This document shows, one piece after another, positions 49,703 to 62,390 of a stretch of 64,000 nucleotides of DNA. The position numbers were made by a program, and so were the translations under genes. The stretch covers positions 25,821 through 89,820 of the forward strand of contig CAVUOF010000001.1 in the NCBI GenBank assembly GCA_963743045.1, in the 5' to 3' direction. Position 1 is the first letter of the stretch. Each line of letters starts with the position of its first letter. The stretch is from an uncultured Acidobacteriota bacterium (GTDB lineage Bacteria; Acidobacteriota; Blastocatellia; RBC074). The notes beneath the pieces were generated by a model. The model was not told the DNA's origin. It ran no database searches and saw only the letters and a program-made list of their open reading frames with translations.

Positions 49703-52700
49703 ATGAAGTATCATCTATTACTTGGCGCGGTCCTGGCTGCCTCGCTCTGGGTTCTTCAGCGCGCGCGCAATCCTTCACAGGATCGATCAGTGGAACCGTG
49801 TCAGATCCTTCGGGAGCCGTCATCACCGGTGCGACGGTCACGCTTACTTCGGCTGATACGGGACTCGTTCGAACGACGACAACCAACAATAGCGGCGAAT
49901 ACAGCTTCCCGAGCGTTGCTCCCGGCAATTACAGAGTTCGGATGAATGCACCAAGCTTCTCTACTCTGGACGTGACAACGCAGGTTGCCGTCTCACAGCA
50001 GCTCCGTGTGGACGGGCAATTGAAGGTAGGCCTCGAGAGCGAGACTGTTGAAGTCTCTGCCAGCGAAGAGGGTGTCGCAGTCAACACCCAGAACGCCGAG
50101 CTATCCAATGTGGTCAGTCAACGACAGGTAACCGAGCTGCCTCTCATCACACGCAATCCGTACGACTTGATAGCTCTCTCCGCCGGAACGACCGACGGTC
50201 CCGATCGCGGCAGCGGAAACCAGCGAGGCTCCGGCTTCGCCGTCAATGGCCTCCGCTCTCAGGACGCCAACTTCCTTCTCGATGGCGGCGAGAACAATGA
50301 CACGTTTACCAGCCAGCGCGGGCAGGATGTGCCGCTCGACTCAATCCAGGAATTCCGCGTCCAGACCAACAACTACACGGCGGAGTTCGGCCGCAACGCG
50401 GGGTACGTCGCTAACGTCGTCACCAAGTCAGGCTCGAACGAGTTTCACGGTTCGCTCTACGAGTTCAATCGGAATTCGGCACTGGCCGCCAACGACTCGT
50501 TCAACAACGCCAACGGCCTCGACAAGTCATTCTTCAATCGGAACCAGTTCGGATTCTCGGTCGGGGGTCCGGTGATCAAGGACAAGACCTTCTTCTTCGG
50601 TTCGGCTGAATGGCTGAGGGTCAGGAGCAGCGTCGACACTCCGTTTTATGTGCCGACGCCGCAGTTAATCGCGGCATCTTCGGCGGCAACACAGAGCATC
50701 TTCGCCGCCTTCCCTGCGCCGACAATCACCGGGCGGCTGATCACCTCAAACTCCCTGGGCATCGCGCCGCTGGTCGATGCCAATGGCATCCCGATCGACG
50801 CCAACCTCCCGCTCTTCGGTCGCGTGCAGAGACCGGTGCCGCAGGATGCCGGGGCGGGATCGCCGCAGAACACATTCCTCTGGACCGGGCGCGTGGATCA
50901 TCACTTCAGCGACCGCACTTCGCTCTTCGGGCGATACGCCTATGATCGTGAAGAGGACCAGCTCGGCTCGCTGAGCTTCAGCCCCTACCAGGGCTTCGAC
51001 ACGCTGAACATGAACCGGAATCAAAACTTTACGCTGCAGCTGACGCACAACTGGTCACCCAGCCTCGTGTCGGAGTCGCGCTTTGTTTACAACCGGCTGC
51101 TCAACGAACAGCCGCTCGGCAGCGCGCCAGTGACGCCAACATTTCTTGTTAGCAGCATCATCAGCAAGCAGACGGACGGCGACACGGTGCTCCCGGGTTA
51201 CTTTGGAACAGCCAATCTGCTTGGCAATGCGATTCCTTTTGGAGGCCCGCAGAATCTCTACCAGGGCTACACGTCGTTCAGCTGGCAGCGCGGCAGCCAC
51301 GATTTCAAGTTCGGAGCACAGTACGTTCACATCCGCGACAACCGCACTTTTGGAGCGTTCCAGAACGCGATTGCCGACTTCGGCACGGTTCAGGATATGA
51401 TCAACGGCAATGTCCAGGACTATGAGATCGCCGTGGACCCACACGGCCAGCTACCCGGCCAGGTTCTAAACGCACCGTTCACCGCGCCATCCTTCACACG
51501 CCACTTCCACTACAATGAGGTCGGCATCTTCGGTGAGGATACGTGGAAGCTGACAAAGCGGCTGACGGTCAATGTTGGTCTGCGCTGGGAGTACTTTGGA
51601 ATACTTCACAGTCCGGGTGACGAGAAGGATCTGGACGCCAACTTCTACCTTGGCCCAGGCGGCAACACTCTGCAGCAGATAGCCAGCGGTCAGTTTGCCC
51701 CGACGACAAGCCAGACCGGCGATCTGCAGGACCGTTTCTACAAGCCGGACTACCACGACTTCGGGCCGCGCCTGGGTCTTGCATATGACTTGTTCGGCAA
51801 CGGCAAGACGGTGCTCCGAGCTGGATACGGCATCTTCTACAATCGCAACTTCGGCAACGTGCTCTTCAACGTGATTCAGAATCCGCCGAACTACGCGGTA
51901 CTCATTGCCGGAACCGGCAACAATCCATTGACGCCTATCACGGCAAATGTGGATCAGTATGCGGCTCTCGAAGCGCTCTCGGGCCAGAGCTATTCCTCGA
52001 GCGCCCGGGCGATCGACCAGAATCTGAAGACTGCATACGCAGACGTCTTTAATGTCAGCCTCCAGCATGAACTCGGCAACAGTTACGTAGTCACCCTGGC
52101 GTACGCAGGTTCGACTGGAATCCATCTCTATTCGCTGAACAATATCAATCGGACAGACAGCGGCGTTCTGCTCGATCAATCGGGCCGTCTCAATCCGACG
52201 ATCAGCGCCATTAATTTCCGAGGCAATGATGGCCACTCCAACTACAACTCATTCCAGGCCCGCGTTGATAGCCGCTACATCAAGAACACGGGCCTGCAGT
52301 TCACTGCCGCCTACACCTTCGCTCACGCGATAGACAACGAGTCGTCGACGTTCGGCGACTCATACCTGCTCTCACGAGTCGGCCAGGGCGTCTTCGGCTT
52401 TCAGGATGCCTTCAATCCGGCCGGGGACAAGGGTGATGCCGACTTCGACGTGCGCCACAGATTCGTGACGAGCTTCAATTGGGACATCCCATTCGCGCGC
52501 AACCTGCATAGTGGTTGGGAGAAGAAGGTGCTCAACGGATGGGCGATGAACGGAATCCTGAGCTTCCGCACTGGAGTCCCATTCACCATTTTCGACACCA
52601 GCCAGCCGGACAATAACGGGCAACAGGCGATCCGCCCGATTGTTATTGCCGCTTTGCCGGAGACGATGGGCGACTCGACGCCTGTTCCGGGAGTCGGCGG

Positions 52701-53043
52701 GACCTTCAACTATCTTAACCTGTCGGCCTTCGCACCTTCGGGCTCAGTGAATGGCCCGTTCATCGGGACATTGGGTCGAAACACGTTTCGCGCGCCTGGA
52801 ATGCAGTCCTGGAACGTGAGCTTTGCTCGCAACATTCCAATCACTGAGAGCAAGAAGCTGCAGTTCAGAGCTGAGTTCTTCAACTTCTTCAATCACCCGA
52901 ATCTGTTTGTAGCCGGCGGTACGAACAACATCGCTGACAATCCGACGGATTCGGTCGAGGTGACCAGAGGCGGTCTGTTCTCGAACATCAACAACGTCGA
53001 GCAGCACCGCAACATTCAATTGGCCCTTAAGTTCGTGTTCTAG
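49703..53043 (+). CDS. TonB-dependent receptor-like outer-membrane protein with an N-terminal CarbopepD_reg domain. The signal peptide is in a different frame from the mature protein, with the frameshift inside a (GC)5 tract at about 49760.
   Basis: MKYHLLLGAVLAASLWVLQ (ORF 49703..) then AQSFTGSISGTVSDPSGAVITGATVTL...LPLITRNPYDL... ending LALKFVF* (ORF 49678..53043). Confidence 0.65.
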
Positions 53044-53063
53044 CAGTGGGTCCAGATGTACGA

Positions 53064-53226
53064 TTACCCGCGCCAGACGGCGCGGGACGGGCAGGGACAA
53101 GCCCTGCCCCTACAACGTCGTCGCGGGATGCTGCATTGTCGAGAAACCGGCTAACGACGCCACCTTGTAGGGGCAGGGCTTGTCCCTGCCCGCCCCTACG
53201 TTCTTGCTCCGTCCGGCGCCGGTAAC
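53064..53226. mobile_element. MITE-like element, family A (F-unit, 50-bp spacer, degenerate R-unit).
   Basis: ttacccgcgccagacggcgcgggacgggcagggacaagccctgcccctacaac ... gtaggggcagggcttgtccctgcccgcccctac...ccggcgccggtaac. It lies between the convergent TonB receptor and GH95 genes. Confidence 0.55.
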
Positions 53227-53236
53227 TCTCCAAATA

Positions 53237-55643
53237 TCATCTGAACGTCAGCTTGTATTGATGTTTTGCAGCCAGCTTTACTAACACGACGTCACCGTCA
53301 ACCTTGAAGGGAACCTGCCCTTGCTGAGCCACAGCTGATATCGCCTGGCCGCGAGGCGCTCTCAATCTATACTCTCCATCAAAATCGGGCGTCAAAACCG
53401 CAACCGTCGCCTTGCCCGCCGCCCACTGCAGGTCAACGGTCACTGCGCCGCGGGCGCGCAGACCTCGAACGGACCCTTGAGCCCAGGCTCGCGGCAACGC
53501 AGGAAGGAGACTAATTTCACCCGCGTGACTCTGTAAGAGCATTTCAGCCATACCCGCAGTGCCACCGAAATTCCCATCAATCTGAAACGGCGGGTGAGTG
53601 TCGAGCAGGTTCGGGAGCGTCGACTTCGCGAGCAGTGCAACAATGTTCTCGCGCGCCAGATCACCCTCCTCCAGCCGCGCCCAGAAGTTGATGATCCACG
53701 CTCGACTCCAGCCCGTGTGGCCACTCCCGGCCTGTAGCCGTCGTTCGAGCGACGTGCGCGCCGCGCGGGCGTACTCCGGTGTTCCTCGAAGAGTGATCTG
53801 ATTCCCCGGATGCAGCGCAAACAGGTGCGAGATGTGCCGGTGACCCGGGTCTGGTTCTTCGTAGTCTTCCTGCCACTCCTGGAGCTGCCCGTGTCGGCCG
53901 ATTCTCAAGGGCGGAAGGCGACGGCTCGCCTCCAGGAGCCTCTGGCGAAAGCCGTTATCGACTGCCAAAAGTTCGGCAGCCTCGATCGTACGAGTGAAGA
54001 GAGCCCTGCAAATCTCAATGTCCATCGTCGGACCCATGCACAGCTTCGCCATCGATCCGTCTTTTGTCCGATACCGGTTCTCCGGCGAAATTGAGGGCCC
54101 GGTCACCAGATGCCCGGTGCCATCTTCGACCAGATAGTCGAGAAGGAACATGGCCGCTTCCTTCATCACCGGATAGGCCCGCTTCTCCAGGAAGTCGCGG
54201 TCACGACCGAAGTCGTAGTGATCCCAATAATGGAGGCTCAGCCACGCGCCGCCCATTGGCCAGATCCCCGAGCCTACGCCATCGATTGGGACCGCGTGCC
54301 CCCAGAAATCCGTGTTGTGATGAATGACGAAGCCGCCCGCGCCGTACAGACTCTTTGCGACCCTCCGGCCGTCTTCACGAGCGTTTTCAACGAGGTCGAA
54401 TAGCGGCTCGTGACAACGCGAGAGGTTGCAGACCTCCGCGGGCCAGTAGTTCATTTCAGTGTTGATGTTGATCGTGTACTTGCTGTCCCAGGATGGAGCA
54501 AGCTGATCGTTCCAGATGCCCTGAAGCGTGGCGGCCATGGTGCCCGGGCGGCTGCTCGAGATCAGAAGATAGCGGCCAAATTGAAAATAGAGAGCCTCCA
54601 GCGCGAGGTCCTGCGCGCCCGCCTCAACGCGCTTCAGCCGCTCATCAGTCGGCAAGATCTGGAATCTCTGCCTCAAGGCGGAAATCTACGTTACTGAAAT
54701 AGCTTTGGTGCGACGATATATGCTCGTTGAGGAGCGTGGTGTAGGTCTTCCTGGATGCAAGAAGGTCCTCCCGGCACTTTGCCGGCGGATTTGCGTGGCG
54801 AGCGTTCGTCGCAGCGGCAAAATAGAGCGTTGCAGCGTTCGCTTGCTCAACAATCAACTCGCCGCCTTCGGCATGCATTCTTCCGCGTTCGGGCACGACC
54901 TTCAGCATGCCGCAGAAGCCGACTCCGACTTTGCGCTCCTGCTCGTGACGGTCGTCTCGCGCCACTGCCTGCCCTTCCATAACGATGGTGTCATTTTCGG
55001 CGCGTGTCCTGCTGTCCTGCTCGCGAGTGAGAGTCACGCGGAATGAGATTCGTCCGGGCCGGTCGCACGTCAGCCTGATGACAATCAGCTGATCCTTCGG
55101 CGAGGAGAATATTTCACGATTGAACCGCGCTCCGTCCGCTTCGTAGGAGACTCGCGCAACAGCCGTTTCAAGATCGAGCTCCCGGACATAATTGGTTGCG
55201 CCCTCATGTCCTTGAAAATGGAGGTTGCAGATCTTCCGAGCGTCTGGTAGGGTGGCAGCCGTCTTGGAATTGATATGATCGTCTGGTCGGCGAGCTTCTC
55301 AGCCTCGACTACCCTGCCGGCAAACAACAGCCTGCGCACTTCAGCCAGATTCTTTGCGCCTTCAGGGTTGCTGCGATCGCGTTTTTCGCCTGCCCAGACG
55401 GTGTCTTCGTTGAGTTGAATCCGCTCCGAGGCGATGCCTCCGAAGATCATGCCTCCAAGGCGCCCGTTTCCGATCGGAAGTGCTTCGGTCCATTTTGTTG
55501 CCGGCTGGCGATACCAGAGAAGATTTCGCCGCTTCTCATCTCGCGGAGGCATGAGCGTCAGGGGAAGCCCTGGTGCCAGTGCGGTGACGGCGCCCGCACC
55601 AGCAAGCTTCAGATATTCGCGTCGGGAGATTCTGCTCTTCAAT
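53237..55643 (-). CDS. Glycoside hydrolase family 95 (alpha-L-fucosidase-like) with a Tat-type signal, at least three frameshifts.
   Basis: N-terminus [19 protein letters not shown] plus [28 protein letters not shown]...[10 protein letters not shown] (ORF 55085..55744). The C-terminal catalytic region has [20 protein letters not shown] (ORF 53237..54676). The middle part lies in ORF 54645..55037. The start is probably TTG near 55643 and the listed N-terminus runs into the MITE. Confidence 0.55.
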
Positions 55644-55685
55644 GCGTGCCGATGCTTATGAAACGCTCGAAAATCCAGAGCCCTG

Positions 55686-55860
55686 TCGCGCCAACGGCGC
55701 GACCTCAAATAGCCCAGGGCGAAGCCCTGGGTATCGATGGCCAATCATGATTTGAGGCCCATCGGGCCGATTTTCACCCCGTTGGGGCTGGCGGGTAAGG
55801 TGGCATCTATCTACCCAGGGCTTCGCCCTGGGCTTTTTCAGGTCGCACCTTCGGTGCGCC
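55686..55860. mobile_element. MITE-like element, family B, second copy.
   Basis: gtcgcgccaacggcgcgacctcaaatagcccagggcgaagccctggg ... cccagggcttcgccctgggctttttcaggtcgcaccttcggtgcgc. Confidence 0.55.
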
Positions 55861-55954
55861 GTACGACTGTTCCCGTTGAGACCCGACACGACCACCAGCA
55901 TACGATGGGTAAAATGTCCACACTCCAGACCACACCGTTGGCGCGAACCTTCCA

Positions 55955-56936
55955 CTAATACCCAGACTGGCGTTCGAAGATCGACCTTGGGTTGTCCACG
56001 AGCATGATCCGGATCTGCTCATCCGTCACCCCTCGCTTCTTGAGAGCCGGAATCACATCGCGATGAATGTGCAGGTAATGCCAGTTCGTCAGCCGGCTCT
56101 CGCGCAGCAATGAAGGCACCCAGTCATTGAAACAGGCCGCATCATGTGAAAGCACAAGCCTCGGCGCATGGCCGCGCGCGCACAGCCGCGCAACTGTTTC
56201 CACTCGATCCTCGAACGGCAACAGCGTGTCGACGCCGAATCGATCCATCCCGAGGTAGGAGCCATTGGCGATCAACTCCTCAAGATAATCAATGTCTGTT
56301 GTATCTCCCGAATGGCCGATCACCACGCGCGAGAGGTCGACTCCCTCTTCAGCGAAGATTTTCTGCTGCTCGAGCCCTCTCTTCGTCCGTGCGTGTGTAT
56401 GAGTCGAGATGGGAACACCAGTCTGTCGATGGGCCTGCGCGACGGCGCGCAAAACACGTTCAACTCCGGAGGTCACACCCGGCGCATCGGTAGCGCACTT
56501 CAGAATTGCGGCCTTGACTCCTGTCTCTCCAATCCCCTCTTCAATGTCACGAACAAACATCTCGGCCATGACCTCGGGACCGCCGAGGACTGTTCCAGGC
56601 CCTATGTAGCGAAAGTGGTGGGGTGCCTCGTGGAAAGTGTAGATTCCGGTCGCGACCAGAATGTTGATTCCGGTCTGCTCCGCGACGCGCTGAATTCGTG
56701 GGATATAGCGTCCGAGCCCGATAACTGTCAGATCGACTACTGAGTCAACGCCCTCTGCCTTGAGCTCATTGAGGCGCTTCACCGCCTCGGCTATCTGCTT
56801 CTCTTCGTCTCCCCAGGATCTCAGGATAGTTCTGCACGATCTCCGTCGAAAGGACGAAAATGTGCTCGTGCATGAGGGTTGTGCCGAGAGCCTCAGTAGC
56901 GATTGCGCCATTGACAGTATTGACTTGCGGCAAGTT
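55955..56936 (-). CDS. Phosphotriesterase-family (PTE/PHP, amidohydrolase TIM-barrel) hydrolase, one frameshift near 56810.
   Basis: GTTLMHEHIFVLSTEIVQNYPEI in an alternative frame gives the HxH metal ligands. The main ORF then continues with ...GVKAAILKCATD...GHSGDTTDIDYL.... A run of four g (gggg) is at the shift site. Confidence 0.55.
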
Positions 56937-56947
56937 TGATCCGGACT

Positions 56948-59372
56948 CTATTCGTGCCTCAGCGTCACCATAGGATCCACTTTCGTGGCGCGGCGCGCGG
57001 GCAGGTAGCTCGCAATCAACGATACTCCGATCAGCAGCAATGGAACCGAAACAAATACTATTGGATCAGTCGCGCTCACTTTGAATAGCAGGCTCGACAT
57101 GACCCGCGTCAGCGCGAATGCGGCAGGCAAACCGATCGCCACGCCGAGTCCGGCCAGTGCAACGCCGCTGCCGCCTATCATCCTGAGAACGTCCAGCGGT
57201 CTTGCTCCAAGCGCCATCCTGAGCCCGATCTCATGCGTCCGCTGGCTGACCGAGTAGTAGAGAATACCGTAGATGCCGAGCGATGCAAGCAGCAACGCGA
57301 GGCCCGCGAACGCACCAAGCAATGTCATCCCAACTCGCCGCTGCATGAGCTCTTCGCCAAGAATGTCGTCAACGGTGCGTATCATCGAGACAGGCTGGTC
57401 GCGATCTACCGACCAGACGGCCTCCCTGGCCGCGGACGCAATGCTCATCGCATCCGACTTCGTGCGGATGACCAGTGTTCGGGGCGCATTCCACGAAATC
57501 TGCGGCATCTGAGTATAAGGAAAGAACATTTCACTCTTGGGCGGCGCCTCGAGCCCCATCTCCTTGACGTCGGCGACGACGCCGACAATCGAGCACCACT
57601 GGACATCCGGGCTGTAGTTGCCCGGCACCATCTGCTTGCCGAGGACGTCTTCGCCGGGCCAGTACTGCCGAGCCATGGTCTCATTGATGATGACGACGCG
57701 TTGCGATTGCGGGTCCGTCATGGTCATCAAAGAATCTGCCCTGGCGCAGGGTCATACCCATGGTTTCCATCCATCCCGAGCTGACCTGCCTGATATTCGC
57801 GTCCTGCCCGGGCAACTGCTGCTTGTTCTGGATGGTGAACCCGTTGGTCCCTCCCTTCCAGGTGAGTGGAACCGCTGTTCCGTAGCCCGCCGAGATCACT
57901 CCCGGCAGCGTGCGAACGCGCTCGAGCACACCCTGGTAGAATGACGATCGTTTGGCCAACTCGCCATACTTGGATCCAGGTATATGCGTCCTCATCGTCA
58001 GGACGTTATCCGTGCGGATTCCAAGGTCCAGAGTCCGGAGGCGCACAAAGGTCTTGACCAGCAAGCCGGCTCCTATCAGCAGCAGCAGAGCCAGTGCGAT
58101 TTCGGCTACGACAAGTATGTTACGCAGGCGGCCATGACCGCTGCTGCTTCCTGAGCGTCCACCCGACTGCTTCAATGCCTCGTTGATATCGACTCGAGCG
58201 GCCTGCAGCGCGGGCGCAAGTCCAAAAAGGATACCTGTGACCAACGACACCAGTAATGTGAAGCCAAGCATCTTGAAGTCGAGTCCGACGCTCGCGGACG
58301 ACCCGAGACTTGCGGGGATCAGCTGCTTGAGAAAGGCGAAGCTCAGCCAGGCTAGTGCCAGCCCCCCGGTCGCTCCAGCGACGGAAAGGAGCACGCTTTC
58401 GGTCAGAAGTTGCCGGACGATCCTTCCGCGACCGGCCCCCAGTGCTGCGCGAACGGCGACCTCACGAAAACGTGCAGCGCCACGCGCGAGCAGCAGATTC
58501 GCAATGTTCGCGCAAGCGATCAAAAGGACGCATCCGACAGCCGCCATGAGAACGAGAAGAGCGAGACGAGTGTTTCCAACAGCCTGCTCGCGCATCGAGA
58601 CGACAGTCGCACCGTTTTCGAAAACCATATCCCGATGGTCGCGATTTATGCTGGCCATTATCGCGGAGATATTGGCTTGAGCCTGATTCAGAGAGACTCC
58701 ATCCTTCATCCGGGCGACTACCGTCAAGTAGTGGCTTCCACGATTGGCCAACTCTTCCTTGCTGGGCGCCGCAGGCACCCATAGATTGACGTCCTTCCAG
58801 AGAATCTGAAATCCGGCCGGCATCACTCCGATGACGGTGTACTTCTTGTCGTCGAGCAGTATCTCCCTCCCAACCAGCGCCGGGTCCCCTCCAAACCTCC
58901 TCTGCCAGAGACCGTTGCTTAAAATCGCCACCCGCGGACCCTCAGGCTGGTCTTCCGCTTCGGTGAAGTTGCGGCCGAGTTTCGGCTGTACTCCGAGCAG
59001 CGGGAACATGTTCGCGGTCACGGCCTGAGCCTCAAGTCGCTCGGGCTCGCCGTCACCGGTGAGACTGAAGCCGCTTCCGGTAAGCGCAGCCATATCTTCA
59101 AAGACCTGGTTCTGCGTCTTCCAGTCAACGAAGTTGGCCCAGGCAGGCGTGTTTCGAGGGAAGCCGATCTTTGTAGCCTCCTCCCAGACGACGACCAGTT
59201 TTCCTGCTTCACGAAATGGAAGAGGCCTCAGGAGGACCGCATCGATGAGAGTGAATATCGCGGTGTTGGCCCCGATGCCCAGGGCGAGCGAGAGGATCGC
59301 GATGATCGTGAAGCTCGGGCTTTTGAGGAGCATCCGAGCACCGTATTTCAGGTCCTGCCAGATAGTGAGCAT
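56948..59372 (-). CDS. ADOP-family MacB-like ABC permease number 2, one frameshift near 57700.
   Basis: [40 protein letters not shown]... (ORF 57681..59474) plus the C-terminal FtsX domain (ORF 56948..57730). Confidence 0.65.
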
Positions 59373-59489
59373 AGGTCTCCCATGGTTATGACACTCAGTG
59401 AGTGTCAGCAAGCGCCATGAGGTTGCAATTGTTTTAGTGGACTGTGGGAAGGCTCGTGTCCCTATCGTGATCACTCTCTCGCAACCTTG

Positions 59490-59625
59490 TTACCGGCGCC
59501 GGACGGCGCCGGGCGGGCAGGGACAAGCCCTGCCCCTACAATCTGCTCGTAAATGCAGCACCGCGCGACAACGTTGTAGGGGCAGGGCTTGTCCCTGCCC
59601 GTCCCGCGCCGTCTGGCGCGGGTAA
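59490..59625. mobile_element. MITE-like element, family A (F-unit, 30-bp spacer, R-unit), in the divergent promoter region between two ADOP permease genes.
   Basis: ttaccggcgccggacggcgccgggcgggcagggacaagccctgcccctacaat ... gttgtaggggcagggcttgtccctgcccgtcccgcgccgtctggcgcgggtaa. Confidence 0.6.
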
Positions 59626-59691
59626 TCTATCAGGATTCTATTTTCTTGATTTCCCAAAACCTCGATGCTATATGTGGCGACGTCATATATG

Positions 59692-62378
59692 GCACACCCA
59701 CCCAACTGGAAAGAAAGAATCCGCCAGACACTCGCACCGCTCCAACTCGGCGCCGGGCGAGAAATGGAAATCGCCGATGAACTGGGACAGCACCTCGAAG
59801 ACCGCTACCAGGAGCGGCTCGCCCGAGGCGATTCGCCCGAACAGGCCCTTCGCGCAACCATGGCCGAACTGCATCAGAGCAGAAGAATGCTTGACGATCT
59901 CGGTCGCCTGGAAGGACCACGCTCTGAACCGCCCGCCTTCGGAAACAAGAGGAGATTCAACATGGCCGCGGAGCTCTATCAGGATCTACGCTACGCAGCA
60001 CGAACGCTGCGCAAGAATCCTGGCTTTACCGCAATCGTCGTTCTGACTCTGGGTCTTGGTATCGGCGCAAATACAGCAATCTTCAGCATAGTCAATTCAG
60101 TCATCCTCCGTCCCCTGCCTGTGAAGGAACCAGACCGCCTGGAGCGCCTCTACGAGAGCAACCTCGAACTGGGATGGCCTGATTTCGGTGTTTCGCATCC
60201 CAACTTTCTGGACTGGCGCTCTCGCAACCAGACGTTCGAATCAATGGCTGCCTCGGGTCAACCAGCGTCATCATCGGGAATCCCGGCGAGATCGAGGTGG
60301 TTCCAGCCGGCGCAATCACGGCAGACTTGCTTCCGACGCTCGGAGTCAATCCAGAGCTCGGCCGGAACTTCCTTCCTCAGGAAGACCAGCCAGGAGTGCC
60401 CGCCCGCGCAGCCCTGCTGACCCACGGCTACTGGGTACGAAGGTTTGGAGGCGACCGAAGCATCCTCGGCAGAACAGTACGAATGAATGACAATCCGGTG
60501 ACGATTGTAGGAGTCCTGCCGGAGTCATTTCCGTTGGGAAAGGGCCGGCTCGAGATCTTCGTTCCTCTCGGACCCGACCCCTCCCGGCAGCGAGGCGATC
60601 ATCGCCTGCGTGTGATCGGTCGGCTTAAGTCGGGCGTTACTCGGGAGCAGGCCCTGGCCGACATGAATCTCATCGCTCAGCAATTGAGCCAGCAGTTTCC
60701 CGAATCGAATAAAGGCTGGAAGGTAGGGACTCAGAGTCTCTTCGATGTCTTCGTGCCGCCGGATACGAGGCGGTCGCTATTGATCTTCGTCGCCGCCGTC
60801 GGGTTCGTCCTGCTCATCGCCTGCAGCAACATTGCCAATCTCATGCTGGCTCGTGCCGCCGGCCGGCAGAAAGAGATCGCGATACGCGTCTCTCTCGGGG
60901 CGAGCCGATCCCGCATCATTGTGCAGTTGCTCGTTGAGGCGGTACTGCTCGCGCTGGTCGCCGGGACACTGGGTGTGATTGTCGCAGCCGTCTCGATCGA
61001 CCTGCTGAAGACCATGAATCCGGCAAATCTGCCTCGACTCGACGAGCTTTCACTGGACTCTCGAGTCCTGCTCTATGCACTTGGAATCTCGCTGACCACC
61101 GGTGTCCTCTTCGGCCTCGTTCCGGCGATTCACGCCTCGCGGCCTGAAGTCAGCAACATGCTCAAGGACGCCGGCCGCAGTGACGGCGGAGGTGGACGCG
61201 GACGCCAGCGAATCCGGAGTCTTCTTGTAGTAACCGAAGTAATGCTTTCGGTGGCACTCCTGATCACTGCCGGACTTCTGCTGCGCAGCTTCTGGAAGGT
61301 GCAGCAGGTCAAGCCCGGTTTCGAGCCCGATCACGTCTTGATGACGAGAATTACGCTGCCCCGGAGTCGCTACCCGAAGAACGCTGCGGCATGGGCCTTC
61401 TATTCGCGCCTTCTTTCAGAGATCAAGAGCCTGCCTGGAATAGAGTCGGCAGCCACTACGAGCCTGCCTCCGATGGATCAGGGAAACACGTCGACCGGAT
61501 TGCGCATACCGGGTCGCGCCGAAGTCTCGGGAACACAGCCGTCGGCCGACTGGCGCATTGTGAGTCCGGGCTACTTTTCTACCCTTGGAATTCCCCTGCG
61601 AGGGCGCGACTTTGAAGAGCACGACACCGAAGATGCCCCTCCGGTGACAATCATCAGCGCTGATATGGCGCGCCAGTATTGGCCGGGTGAAGAGGCCATC
61701 GGAAAGACGGTTCAAGTGTTCAGCTTCGGCCAGAAGACGGCGACCATCATCGGGGTTGCGGGCGATGTCAAGAGTTTCGGCCTCGACGCAGATTCCGAGC
61801 CGATGGTCTACATGCCGTCGGCTACGGCGGCAATGTGGAATCCGATGAGCCTTCTTCTTCGAAGCGCGACCGAGCCGATGGCCCAGGCCACGGCCGTAAG
61901 AGAGGCTCTCAATAAGATAGACGCAAACGTGCCGATCTATGACGTGCAGAGAGCCGATGACTTCGTCTCGAGAACGCTGGGACCGCGAAAGTTCACCATG
62001 TTCCTGATCTCGACCTTCGCGTCACTGGCGCTTCTGCTCGCCTGTCTCGGGCTGTTTGGTGTGATGTCCTACCTCGTCTCGCAACGCACACACGAGATTG
62101 GTCTTCGAATGGCTCTCGGCGCCCAGCCCCGTGATGTGTTCCGCCTGGTCGTTGGCCGTGGGATGCTCCTGGCCCTGATAGGGTCGTCTATCGGCCTAAT
62201 CGGAGCCTACTGGCTGTCTCGCTTCATGGAGAGAATGCTCTTCGGTGTGAAGCCGGGTGATCCACTGACGCTGCTGAGTGCGCCGCTGCTGCTTCTGGCC
62301 GTCGCGCTCCTGGCCTGCTACATTCCAGCGCACCGCGCAATGAAGGTCGATCCATTGACGGCCCTGCGTCACGAGTGA
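59692..62378 (+). CDS. ADOP-family MacB-like ABC permease number 3 with an N-terminal prefix domain, one frameshift near 60290.
   Basis: ~110-aa helical prefix ([30 protein letters not shown]...), then [38 protein letters not shown]..., then two FtsX domains (ORFs 59665..60420 and 60297..62378). Confidence 0.65.
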
Positions 62379-62390
62379 TCCGGCGATTAC

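Noticed and set aside
49703-49945. 80-aa ORF MKYHLLLGAV... treated as an independent small gene.
   Set aside because: Only its first ~20 aa are meaningful, and they form a signal peptide. They belong to the TonB receptor in the neighbouring frame. The remainder is frame-shifted noise.
40824-59625. GC-rich palindromic repeats considered as a CRISPR array.
   Set aside because: Copies are dispersed singly or as inverted pairs kilobases apart, with no regular repeat-spacer periodicity and no cas genes. They behave like REP/MITE elements.
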